In this document: piece by piece, positions 1 through 8,291 of the stretch
Numbering within the stretch: position 1 is the first letter of the stretch
Layout: each line of letters starts with the position of its first letter
From: Poseidonia sp.
Lineage (GTDB): Archaea > Thermoplasmatota > Poseidoniia > Poseidoniales > Poseidoniaceae
Assembly: GCA_038118245.1 (NCBI GenBank)
Contig: JAYOHN010000005.1
Location: 1-48,239 of the forward strand
DNA: 48,239 bases
Reading direction: 5' to 3'
The notes under the pieces: generated by a model
What the model saw: the letters and a program-made list of their open reading frames with translations, nothing else
What the model was told of the DNA's origin: nothing
Databases searched by the model: none
Made by a program: the position numbers and the translations under genes

Positions 1-34
1 AAGAATATTTTCTATTAAATACGAAGTTTAATCT

Positions 35-82
35 AAAAAAGAAAAAATGTACACATGGGGCCCCCTCGTAACCATGTGTACA
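35..82 (-). terminator. Hairpin plus U-tract terminator candidate downstream of thiolase
   Basis: Perfect 11-bp inverted repeat TGTACACATGG (48-58) / CCATGTGTACA (72-82). On the minus strand it is followed immediately by T6-C-T6 (47-35), and it starts ~30 bp after the thiolase stop. Confidence 0.6.
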
Positions 83-114
83 ACTGTAACCATGTGGAGG
101 GAAACCAGCACGCT

Positions 115-1308
115 TCATTCAGATTTGACGTACATGGCAACGGCGTTTCCACCACCGAGGCAAAGGGTCACGATGCCCGAACTTGCCTTCAGTCGGCGCA
201 TGACCCCCAACATGGTGATGAGGCATCGCGTGCCGCTTGCACCGAGGGGGTGGCCAAGGCTGACCGCTCCTCCGTGGAGGTTGAACCGGTCATCAGGAAT
301 ACCGACTTCCTGCGCCACTGCACAGGAAGCTGAAGCAAAGGCCTCGTTGTGTTCGTAGACATCCACGTCCAACACCTCCAACCCGTTGCGTTCAAGCAAG
401 GTCTTCACGGCAGGGATGGGAGCGCTCATGACGCGAGCGGGTTCAACCCCAGAGGTGCAGTAGTCCTCGATGGTGGCGATGATGTCCCATCCCTGGGCAC
501 GAGCAAATTCGGCCTCGGCGATGAGAACGGCGCTTGCACCGTCGTTGAGGGTGCTTGCGTTGCCCGCCGTGACGGAGCCCTCACGGTCAAACACGGGCCG
601 CAGACCCGAAAGCGATTCGACCGTGGTTGAACCGCGCACCCCTTCGTCGCTGCTCAAGACGAGCGGATCGCCTCTTCGTTGGGGAACCTCAACGCTGAAG
701 GTTTCCCAGTCAAACCAACCGTTTTCCCAAGCCGCAGCGGCACGCTGCTGGCTACGGGCTGCGAAAGCGTCCATCGCTTCCCGGCCGATGTTGCACTCGT
801 TGGCGACCGTTTCCCCGGTCGTGCCCATGTGAACGTCGTTGTAAACGTCCCACAGCCCGTCGTGAATCATCGAATCGACGAGTTTGGAGTCGCCCATTTT
901 GGTCCCCGTGCGCTGCCCCATCAGCAGTTGGGGGGCGTTGCTCATGCTTTCCATTCCACCGGCAACGATGACCTTGTATTCGCCAGCTCGAATGCTGTTG
1001 GCGGCCATCATCGCCGCCTTGAGCGAGGAGCCGCAGACTTTGTTGATCGTCGCGCAGGGCGTGGAAACCGGCAAGCCCGCCCCAAGAGCGACTTGCCGGG
1101 CGGGGTTCTGACCGGCCCCAGCCTGCAGAACTTGGCCGAACACCACCTCGTCGACGACACCCGACGCCGGGTCAATTCCAGCACGGGAAAGAAGTTCTTT
1201 GACGGTTAACACACCCAAATCCACGGCTTTCATAGACGACAGAGTCCCCATGAATTTCCCTATGGGCGTTCGGGCAACGGCGCAAATCACGGCCTGAGGT
1301 TGGCTCAT
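115..1308 (-). CDS. Acetyl-CoA C-acetyltransferase (thiolase)
   Basis: ARTPIG, NKVCGS (catalytic Cys), NEAFA, GHPLGASG and CLGGG motifs. Start moved to ATG 1308 (MSQPQ) because the longer ORF overlaps the divergent rph. Confidence 0.95.
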   Translation of the reverse strand: MSQPQAVICAVARTPIGKFMGTLSSMKAVDLGVLTVKELLSRAGIDPASGVVDEVVFGQVLQAGAGQNPARQVALGAGLPVSTPCATINKVCGSSLKAAMMAANSIRAGEYKVIVAGGMESMSNAPQLLMGQRTGTKMGDSKLVDSMIHDGLWDVYNDVHMGTTGETVANECNIGREAMDAFAARSQQRAAAAWENGWFDWETFSVEVPQRRGDPLVLSSDEGVRGSTTVESLSGLRPVFDREGSVTAGNASTLNDGASAVLIAEAEFARAQGWDIIATIEDYCTSGVEPARVMSAPIPAVKTLLERNGLEVLDVDVYEHNEAFASASCAVAQEVGIPDDRFNLHGGAVSLGHPLGASGTRCLITMLGVMRRLKASSGIVTLCLGGGNAVAMYVKSE

Positions 1309-1399
1309 GCAACGCCCATCCCAAGGCATGTCTTGAACATGCCCACGAGTCTGCAAAGCGGTTGAGAAGCCTTGATGAGGGCCACGCGCTGGGCGGTGC

Positions 1400-2224
1400 A
1401 TGGCGAAATTCAAAACCGAACTGAACCTCACTCGAGCCCCCGACGAAATGCGAACACCAGAGGTCACGCTGGATTTTACACCCAACGCCCTCGCCTCCGT
1501 GCTCTACAAGCAAGGCGATACGGTCGTCCTCGCATGCTGCACCAAAGAAGCCTCGTTGCCTCGCTGGTTCCCCCGAGACGCCACGAAAGGATGGGTCCAC
1601 GCAGAGTATTCTCTCCTCCCTGGCTCAACGGATTCTCGTTTTCGCCGAGAGCGAAACGGGGCCAAAGGCCGAACGCAGGAAATTGAACGCCTCATCGCCC
1701 GCTCGCTTCGTGCGGCCGTTGATTTGGAAGCCCTCGGGCCCGTGGCTTTGAACGTGGACTGCGACGTGTTGAACGCCGACGGCGGGACGCGGTGCGCCTC
1801 GATAACAGCGGCCAACATCGCTCTGCGCTTGGCCGTCCGTCGCCTCATCGCCCGAGGCGATTGCCTTCCTGTGGACCTCCGGCCCACGTTTGAACAGCGA
1901 AAAGAGGGCTGGACGCCCCCTCAACTCAGTGCGGTTGAACAGGCCAACCATGAGGCGGCCGTGCTGCCCCATGACCTCGCAGCGGTCTCCGTGGGGCTCT
2001 TGGACGGCAACGTGTATCTGGATCTGGACTACGTCCTCGATTCCAACGCCGACGTGGACATGAACGTCATCAAAACCAGCGACGGGCGCTATGTCGAAGT
2101 CCAAGGAACGGGTGAGGAATCCACCTTCTCTGCCGATGAGCTCCACAACCTCCTGAAGGGGGCCGATGCAGGTTTGGACCGCTTGTTCGCCTTCCAAGCC
2201 GCCACGCTCGACGGTGCACAGTGA
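1400..2224 (+). CDS. rph: Ribonuclease PH, bacterial type
   Basis: GWVHAEYSLLPGST, GRTQEIERLIARSLRA, DCDVLNADGGTRCASIT, LDLDYxxDSNADVDMNV, EVQGTGE. Confidence 0.92.
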   Translation: MAKFKTELNLTRAPDEMRTPEVTLDFTPNALASVLYKQGDTVVLACCTKEASLPRWFPRDATKGWVHAEYSLLPGSTDSRFRRERNGAKGRTQEIERLIARSLRAAVDLEALGPVALNVDCDVLNADGGTRCASITAANIALRLAVRRLIARGDCLPVDLRPTFEQRKEGWTPPQLSAVEQANHEAAVLPHDLAAVSVGLLDGNVYLDLDYVLDSNADVDMNVIKTSDGRYVEVQGTGEESTFSADELHNLLKGADAGLDRLFAFQAATLDGAQ

Positions 2225-2300
2225 CGGCCAAGTCCCCGGGAGAAGAAGTCCCCTCCCATCGGAAGGCTTGATATGGCGAGGGCATTCGCCAACCTTGCAC

Positions 2301-2376
2301 GGGTTAGTAGCTTAGTTGGGAGAGCGCGGCACTGAAGATGCCGAGGTCGCTGGTTCAAGTCCGGCCTAACCCACCA
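2301..2376 (+). tRNA. tRNA-Phe (GAA), intron-less, CCA encoded
   Basis: Acceptor stem GGGTTAG/CTAACCC + A + CCA. Anticodon arm CGGCA-CTGAAGA-TGCCG. T-loop GGTTCAAGTCC. TTGATAT box ~30 bp upstream. Confidence 0.97.
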
Positions 2377-2496
2377 ACACGAGGTGAGCAAAGCGTTTCC
2401 ACGCTGGCTTGAGAGTTCTATAGAACGGGCCCCCTTCCATGAAAAACGAAGGGGAATTGGAAAAGGATTCTTGAACCGGAGAGAGCATGGGCCACC

Positions 2497-4620
2497 ATGG
2501 CGAAGGAGAGCACCGTTGATTCCTCCGCCAACGAGAGCCATGACGACCACGGTCGTTCAAAAGATAAAGAGGCCAAGGAACTGCAAGAAATACGCCAACG
2601 TCGCATGGGCGGTGGGCGAATGTTTCTCTCGAAAATTGAAGATTTTGTCCTCTTGGGCGGTCTTGCGTACGGCGCCCTGTTTGCACTGCTGCTGTTTTCA
2701 ATGTCGTCGGGAGCGTTGGGGGACTCCACCGCTTTGGATCACACGGCCTCAACCACCTTTCTCGACATTGGAGACGAATGCGAGCAAATCACCGATGAAC
2801 CGTGGCTGAACATTTTTCCCGATCCGGACAGTGAATTGTTTTCCATTGCGGGGCACAACTTGCCCAACGGCGTGGCGTTTCTGAACTATTCGTTTTACGA
2901 AGTCATCAACGACCAAACCTTGTCCATCGTGGACGAACCCTACGGGTCAAACGGCACCACCAGGGTCATCAACAAAGCCGACCAAAGCCACGGTCGCGCC
3001 TACTTTTCAGCCCCCTATTCCGAACTTTCCGAAGGCCATTTTGAACTGAGGTTCGAAGTGACCGTGCGGGAAAACAAATCCATCGACTCGGGCATTGTTG
3101 TTGGCCCACTGACCTCAACGGTGGCATTCGAGCACACGCTTTCAACCGAGGCCCTGGCCTTCCTCCCGTTTGTTGACGATGCCGAGCATTCCGATGTTCG
3201 CATTGAGGACGCTGGCCCTCGATCGTGTTGGTCCGTTCAGGACCTCGGCGATTGGGGCTACCTCCTGATGGGGGCCGAAATCGGTGGAGGCCGCGAGACG
3301 GCGATGCTCACGGGCGGGGCAGCCGGCATCCCTGCATGGTGGATGGCGTTCATCTCGCTCTCGCTCTCCATCATCTCGTTGCTCATCATCTACCCGCTGA
3401 TGTACAAGGTCTACCACCAAGACACCGACGACATCCTCTCACGCGCTCACATCCAACGGTTGGTGGAGGACACCGTCTACACGGTTGCCGAACAATTGGG
3501 CATTGACGTTGACGATGAGTTGTTCAAAATCGAAATACGGGATTTGTCCATTGACATCATGGTCGCCTACCAAAACACCGAGAACACGCTTTCCGATTCC
3601 AAAGAAGTGCGTGCAGAACTCCTGCGCAACCTGCTCGAAGAATTCGCCATCTTCAGGGTGTTCAAGCCCGTCCAACTGAACGTCCGGGTCATTGGCGCCG
3701 GCCAGAACGTCGATTTTGATTCCGGGGTCGGCATCGGCAGCCGAACCTCGGACACCGAAGATGCGTTGAACGAACGTCAAGACTACTCCTCCTTCTTTTC
3801 AGAACTCCATTCCCTTTCACGCATCGAAGACGACGTTCGGGACAGCCTGGACCTCTTTTTCACGCGGCGCAACGATGTGGAGATGAAAGGCGCCGTCGTG
3901 ACCAGCGACGACCGTGTGGTGTTCGTCTCCGTGATTTACCGGCCCACTCAACGCTTCGCCTTCTTCCGCTTCAGGAAAACCTCCACCCAAATGAAAGATG
4001 AATTGTACCGTTTCATTCACCAACGGAACGAAGACTTGCTCGGCTCGCAGGAACTCATCGTCAAAACACGCAACGAGGTGTCGACCCTAGCGGACCGTTC
4101 CGGTGCTGGGCGGGTCGAGCGCCAGTCAGAAACCGACGACGACCGTATCGTCGCTGTGGCCCGGCAAGACGGTTTGGGCGGCCGAATGTTGCAAACCAAA
4201 TTCCTCGGGGACACCCTGTCCACGGTGGAGTACATGGCGAACGAGAAGCGAGAAATGATCAACAAATGGGGCTTTTGGGGGCTCATTTTCTTCGTTTGGA
4301 TTCCCTTCATGGCCTCCGGGGTTTTGGTGGGGGCCATGCTCGGCCTGCTCTCCCGGATGCAGTTCATGCGCGTGCTTATCGCCACGCTCATTGGAGGCTC
4401 CATCGCCTCGATCACGTGGGCGTACACAGCGGAAGGGATTGTCAAATTCATGCACCAGTACAAACTTGAGGTCTTCATCCCCCTGGTCATTGGCGTGTTT
4501 ATCCTGATGGCCGTGCTTCACATTCGCTCCACGAAGATGCGACGTCAAACCGAGTTGTTCGAGGACACCCTTCTCGACAACTTCCACGCCGACATCGTCG
4601 CGAAGTACGGTGACCAGTAG
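2497..4620 (+). CDS. Multi-pass membrane protein with COG2426 / small multidrug export-like domain, extracellular region and large cytoplasmic insert
   Basis: N-terminal TM, then an Asn-rich loop, then a GGGRETA + TM segment. C-terminal GLIFFVWIPFMASGVLVGAMLGLL...IGGSIAS resembles COG2426/PF06695. Confidence 0.6.
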   Translation: MAKESTVDSSANESHDDHGRSKDKEAKELQEIRQRRMGGGRMFLSKIEDFVLLGGLAYGALFALLLFSMSSGALGDSTALDHTASTTFLDIGDECEQITDEPWLNIFPDPDSELFSIAGHNLPNGVAFLNYSFYEVINDQTLSIVDEPYGSNGTTRVINKADQSHGRAYFSAPYSELSEGHFELRFEVTVRENKSIDSGIVVGPLTSTVAFEHTLSTEALAFLPFVDDAEHSDVRIEDAGPRSCWSVQDLGDWGYLLMGAEIGGGRETAMLTGGAAGIPAWWMAFISLSLSIISLLIIYPLMYKVYHQDTDDILSRAHIQRLVEDTVYTVAEQLGIDVDDELFKIEIRDLSIDIMVAYQNTENTLSDSKEVRAELLRNLLEEFAIFRVFKPVQLNVRVIGAGQNVDFDSGVGIGSRTSDTEDALNERQDYSSFFSELHSLSRIEDDVRDSLDLFFTRRNDVEMKGAVVTSDDRVVFVSVIYRPTQRFAFFRFRKTSTQMKDELYRFIHQRNEDLLGSQELIVKTRNEVSTLADRSGAGRVERQSETDDDRIVAVARQDGLGGRMLQTKFLGDTLSTVEYMANEKREMINKWGFWGLIFFVWIPFMASGVLVGAMLGLLSRMQFMRVLIATLIGGSIASITWAYTAEGIVKFMHQYKLEVFIPLVIGVFILMAVLHIRSTKMRRQTELFEDTLLDNFHADIVAKYGDQ

Positions 4621-4628
4621 GTGGGGGC

Positions 4629-5213
4629 ATGGAACGCACCACCAAAGGCCCAGACACCAAGAAGCACGTCGGCGACCCCGTCGAGTTGGGCGTGGTCACG
4701 GTGAGCGACCGGGCGAGCCGAGGCGAATACGAAGACGAGGGCGGCCCCGCCATCCTCTCGTTTTTCGAGGAAGCCATCAAAAGCCCTTGGACGGCGCACT
4801 ATCGCTGCGTTCCCGACGAACAAGAAGCCGTGGAATCGGCCCTGACCGAACTTTGCGATGAGGTCGGATGCAGCGTGGTGGTCACGACCGGTGGTACAGG
4901 TCCCGCAGCACGCGACATCACCCCTGAAGCAACCGAGGCGGTTTGCGACCGCATGATGCCCGGATTTGGCGAACAAATGCGGAGCATCTCACTCGCCTAC
5001 GTTCCCACCGCCATCCTCTCTCGACAGGTGGGTGGCTTGCGCGGCTCGAGCCTCATTTTCAACCTCCCCGGTCGCCCGAAAGCCATCCGAGAAACCATTG
5101 ACGAGGTATGGAGAGCCGTTCCCTACTGCGTTGACTTGATGGGCGGACCTTACATGGACATGGACGAAGAGGTTTGCAACGCTTTTCGGCCAAAATCCGC
5201 ACGCCGATGGTAG
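4629..5213 (+). CDS. mog: Molybdopterin adenylyltransferase (MogA)
   Basis: TVSDRASRGEYED, TTGGTGPAARDITPEAT, PGFGEQMR, PTAILSRQ, NLPGRPKAIRE. Confidence 0.93.
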   Translation: MERTTKGPDTKKHVGDPVELGVVTVSDRASRGEYEDEGGPAILSFFEEAIKSPWTAHYRCVPDEQEAVESALTELCDEVGCSVVVTTGGTGPAARDITPEATEAVCDRMMPGFGEQMRSISLAYVPTAILSRQVGGLRGSSLIFNLPGRPKAIRETIDEVWRAVPYCVDLMGGPYMDMDEEVCNAFRPKSARRW

Positions 5214-5271
5214 CCGAGACCTGCATCATGTTGATGTGCCGAAACCGAGTGGTCTGAACCGGAGACCTTCC

Positions 5272-6681
5272 ATGACCGGCAACCTTCTCATCCACGGCGC
5301 AACGATGGTGCTTCCAGACACAACCGGCGTGGGGGACCTTCGCATACGGGACGGTCAAATCGAAACCGTCGCGCTGGGCAAATCCCTGGCACCGTTGGAG
5401 GACGAGTTGTTCATCGATGGGCGCGGCCTGCACCTTTTGCCCGGAATGATCGACCCCCAGTGCCACTTCCGAGACCCTGGGCAACCCGAGAAAGAAGACT
5501 TGGGCTCCGGTTCGGCTGCTGCCGTCAGCGGCGGAGTCACCTCTTTCCTCGACATGCCGAACAACAAACCGTCCATCACCACCCTTGAAGGGATGCAAAG
5601 CAAGCTGGCAACGGCCGCCAAAAAATGCGTGAACAATTACGGATTTTTTATCGGCGCAACACCGGACAACGTCTCGGATTTGCAAGACGCCGTCGGGACT
5701 CCAGAAACCCCTGTTAGCATCCCCGGAATTTGTGGCATCAAGGTGTTCATGGGTTCCTCAACCGGCACACTGCTCGTGAACGAACGAGAAGCGCTCGAAC
5801 AGATTTTCTCGCAAACCGGAGGTCTCATCGCCGTCCATGCCGAAGACGAACAGCGCCTCATCGAACGGTTTGAGGCGGTCAAAGGGCGGACCGATATGGC
5901 GGCTCACGCCGAATGGAGGGACGATGTGACGGCGCTCCTCGCTACCCAACTGGCCGTTGAACTGGCTCAAGCGTCCGGACACCGCCTCCATGTTCTTCAC
6001 CTCACCAGCGGTCTGGAAGCCGACTGGCTGGAAGGCATCACCGCTCTTCCCGCCGAGGTTGACGATGAACGAGCGATCATCACCACGGAAACCCTTCCAC
6101 AACACCTCACCTTTGACGAAACCGACGTTGCTCGCGAGGGGACACGGTTGAAGATGAACCCCCCGATTCGCTACGCTGCGGACCGGGACACCCTCTGGGA
6201 GCAGTTGAGAAAAGGCACGATTCAATGCATCGCCACCGACCATGCCCCCCACACGTTGGAAGCCAAAGCTGCGGGCTTCCCCGATGCTCCCAGCGGCATG
6301 CCCGGCGTGGAAACTTCGTTGGCCGTGATGCTGACCCATGCACGCGACGGGGCTTGCAGCGTGGAGGATGTTGTTCGCTGGATGTCAACAAACGTCGCCG
6401 ACTGCTACAACATGGTGGGCAAAGGCCGTCTGGAAGAAGGCGCTGACGGCGATGTCGTGCTCGTTGACATGAACAACGCCCACACCGTTGACGACGCCTT
6501 GGTGTGGAGTCGTGTGGGATGGAGCCCGTTCCGTGGCCGCGAACTGGTGGGCTGGTCTCAAGTCACCGTCGTCGCGGGTGTTCCGGTCTTTGAGCGAACC
6601 GAAGCCACCGGTCAGAAAGGACGGTTGCTGGTTGAACCTGGCGAAGCCGGAGCCCCGCTGGTCATGATGCCGTGGCGTTAG
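5272..6681 (+). CDS. pyrC: Dihydroorotase (amidohydrolase superfamily)
   Basis: PGMIDPQCHFRDPG, GGVTSFLDMPN, KVFMGSSTG, HAED, KMNPPIR, ATDHAPH, PSGMPGVET. ATG 5272 preferred over GTG 5236. Confidence 0.85.
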   Translation: MTGNLLIHGATMVLPDTTGVGDLRIRDGQIETVALGKSLAPLEDELFIDGRGLHLLPGMIDPQCHFRDPGQPEKEDLGSGSAAAVSGGVTSFLDMPNNKPSITTLEGMQSKLATAAKKCVNNYGFFIGATPDNVSDLQDAVGTPETPVSIPGICGIKVFMGSSTGTLLVNEREALEQIFSQTGGLIAVHAEDEQRLIERFEAVKGRTDMAAHAEWRDDVTALLATQLAVELAQASGHRLHVLHLTSGLEADWLEGITALPAEVDDERAIITTETLPQHLTFDETDVAREGTRLKMNPPIRYAADRDTLWEQLRKGTIQCIATDHAPHTLEAKAAGFPDAPSGMPGVETSLAVMLTHARDGACSVEDVVRWMSTNVADCYNMVGKGRLEEGADGDVVLVDMNNAHTVDDALVWSRVGWSPFRGRELVGWSQVTVVAGVPVFERTEATGQKGRLLVEPGEAGAPLVMMPWR

Positions 6682-8174
6682 ACCAAGTTGTACAGCGCAC
6701 CGTATTTTTGCTCAACGTAGCGCAAAAACGGTTCAGGCGTCGGCGGTTGTCCCGTGGCCTCTTCGATGAGTTGTGCCGGCGTGACTTGACTTCCTCGACG
6801 ATGAATTCGAGGACGCAGCCAGTTCAACATCGGCTCCCAGTCGCCGGAGGCAACACGCGCATCGATGTCACCGAGGTCTTCACCCATCGCTTCCAAAAGT
6901 TGAGCTGCGTAGAGGTTGCCCAAGGTGTAGGTTGGGAAGTAGCCAAAGGCACCCATGGACCAGTGAATGTCCTGGAGGCACCCCAAACGGTCTTCGGGAA
7001 CATCAAGGTCAAACCAATCTTTGAACATCCCGTTCCAGACCTTGGGCAAATCGTCCACGGCCAGGTCACCGTTGAACAATTGCTTCTCGATTTCGTACCG
7101 AATCATGACGTGCAGGTTGTACGTGACTTCGTCGGCTTCAACCCGGATGAAACCCCGCTCCACACGGTTGGCGAGTTGGTTCAGCGCATCTTCGTCCCAT
7201 GCCGGTGCATCGGGGAAGGCGTCCTTGAACCAAGGCAAGGCTGCTTTCCAAAAGGCTGCAGTTCGGCCGATTTGGTTTTCCCAAAAGCGGCTTTGTGATT
7301 CGTGAACGCCCAGCGAAACCGCTCCGCCGCGAGGGGTAAACCGATGGTCGTGGTCCAGACCTTGCTCGTAAAGCGCGTGCCCGGTTTCGTGCATCACGGC
7401 GTACAAACATGAAAACGGATCGCTTTCGTCAAAACGGGTCGTGAAGCGCGTGTCCCCCGGCCAGAGCCCTGCGGAAAACGGGTGGGTGGAGGCGTCCATA
7501 CGCCCAGCCTCAAAATCAAAGCCCATGTTGGCGGAGACCGCTTTGCAGAAGGCCTTCTGAGCTTCAACGGAAAAACGAACACCTTCGGGGAGCGAGGCGT
7601 CGGGAGCAGCTGCTTGGGCCGTCGTGATGGCTTGCAAAAGCGGGACAAGGCGGGCTTTCAATCCTGCAAACAACGGGTCGTAATCCTCCACCGTCATCCC
7701 CACTTCGTACTCATCCAGCAAGACATCGTACGGCGTGGTGGTCACGCCGAGCAGGTCGATTTTTTCCCGTGTGAGCGAAATCAAGCGCTCAAGCGAGGGT
7801 TTGAAGGCGTCAAAATCGGAAGCCGCCCGAGCCTCCTGCCAGGCCACCAAGGCCTCAGAGCGGGCTTGTGCAAAGGTTTCGACGAAGCTTTGAGGCAAGC
7901 ACGCAGCTTGGTCGTGCATGCGGCGCATCTCGCGGACGTTGGCCGCCTGGTCCGCATCAAGCGAGGTTTGTTCCAAGGCGTTCAACAGTTCAGCCATCCG
8001 GCCATCGGTCAGTTGTTGATGCCGTTGACCGGCCAGCCAAGCCATCATTTCTCCACGAGCCTGGGCGCCTTTCGCCGGCATCAAGACTTCTTGGTCCCAA
8101 CCAAGATGGCCTTGCAACGCTCCGAGTCGGTGGATGTCTTGAACGCGCTTCAGAAACTCATCGTAAAGGTCCAT
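6678..8174 (-). CDS. Carboxypeptidase, family M32 (Taq type)
   Basis: WDQEVLMP, HPF, HETGHALYEQG (HExxH), HESQSRFWEN, IRVEADE, GCLQDIHW, GYFPTYTLGN. Start moved to ATG 8174 (MDLYDE). Confidence 0.95.
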   Translation of the reverse strand: MDLYDEFLKRVQDIHRLGALQGHLGWDQEVLMPAKGAQARGEMMAWLAGQRHQQLTDGRMAELLNALEQTSLDADQAANVREMRRMHDQAACLPQSFVETFAQARSEALVAWQEARAASDFDAFKPSLERLISLTREKIDLLGVTTTPYDVLLDEYEVGMTVEDYDPLFAGLKARLVPLLQAITTAQAAAPDASLPEGVRFSVEAQKAFCKAVSANMGFDFEAGRMDASTHPFSAGLWPGDTRFTTRFDESDPFSCLYAVMHETGHALYEQGLDHDHRFTPRGGAVSLGVHESQSRFWENQIGRTAAFWKAALPWFKDAFPDAPAWDEDALNQLANRVERGFIRVEADEVTYNLHVMIRYEIEKQLFNGDLAVDDLPKVWNGMFKDWFDLDVPEDRLGCLQDIHWSMGAFGYFPTYTLGNLYAAQLLEAMGEDLGDIDARVASGDWEPMLNWLRPRIHRRGSQVTPAQLIEEATGQPPTPEPFLRYVEQKYGALYNLV

Positions 8175-8291
8175 GGGCGATTGAACCCTCCCTGCTTCTT
8201 CAACGCTCCCATCCCGTTCATTGCGTAAGAAGTGAACATATTTCTCCTCAAAAAAGCACACATTGAAGAACGGTTGAACTCTACACTGAAC

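Noticed and set aside
48-82. dif site or ORB box
   Set aside because: The spacer is 13 bp rather than the 6 bp of dif, and there is no convincing TTCCAGTGGAAAC-type ORB match.
2301-2496. tRNA-Phe as an integration site
   Set aside because: No integrase and no duplicated tRNA 3' end seen in the window.
5450-5475. Dihydroorotase inactivated by QCH instead of HxH
   Set aside because: DPQxHFR variants are, from recall, common in a dihydroorotase subgroup, and the other metal and substrate motifs are intact.
8264-8275. 12-mer TGAAGAACGGTT shared with 26415-26426 as a regulon motif
   Set aside because: Both copies overlap BRE/TATA-like promoter sequence, and two copies cannot be separated from general promoter composition.
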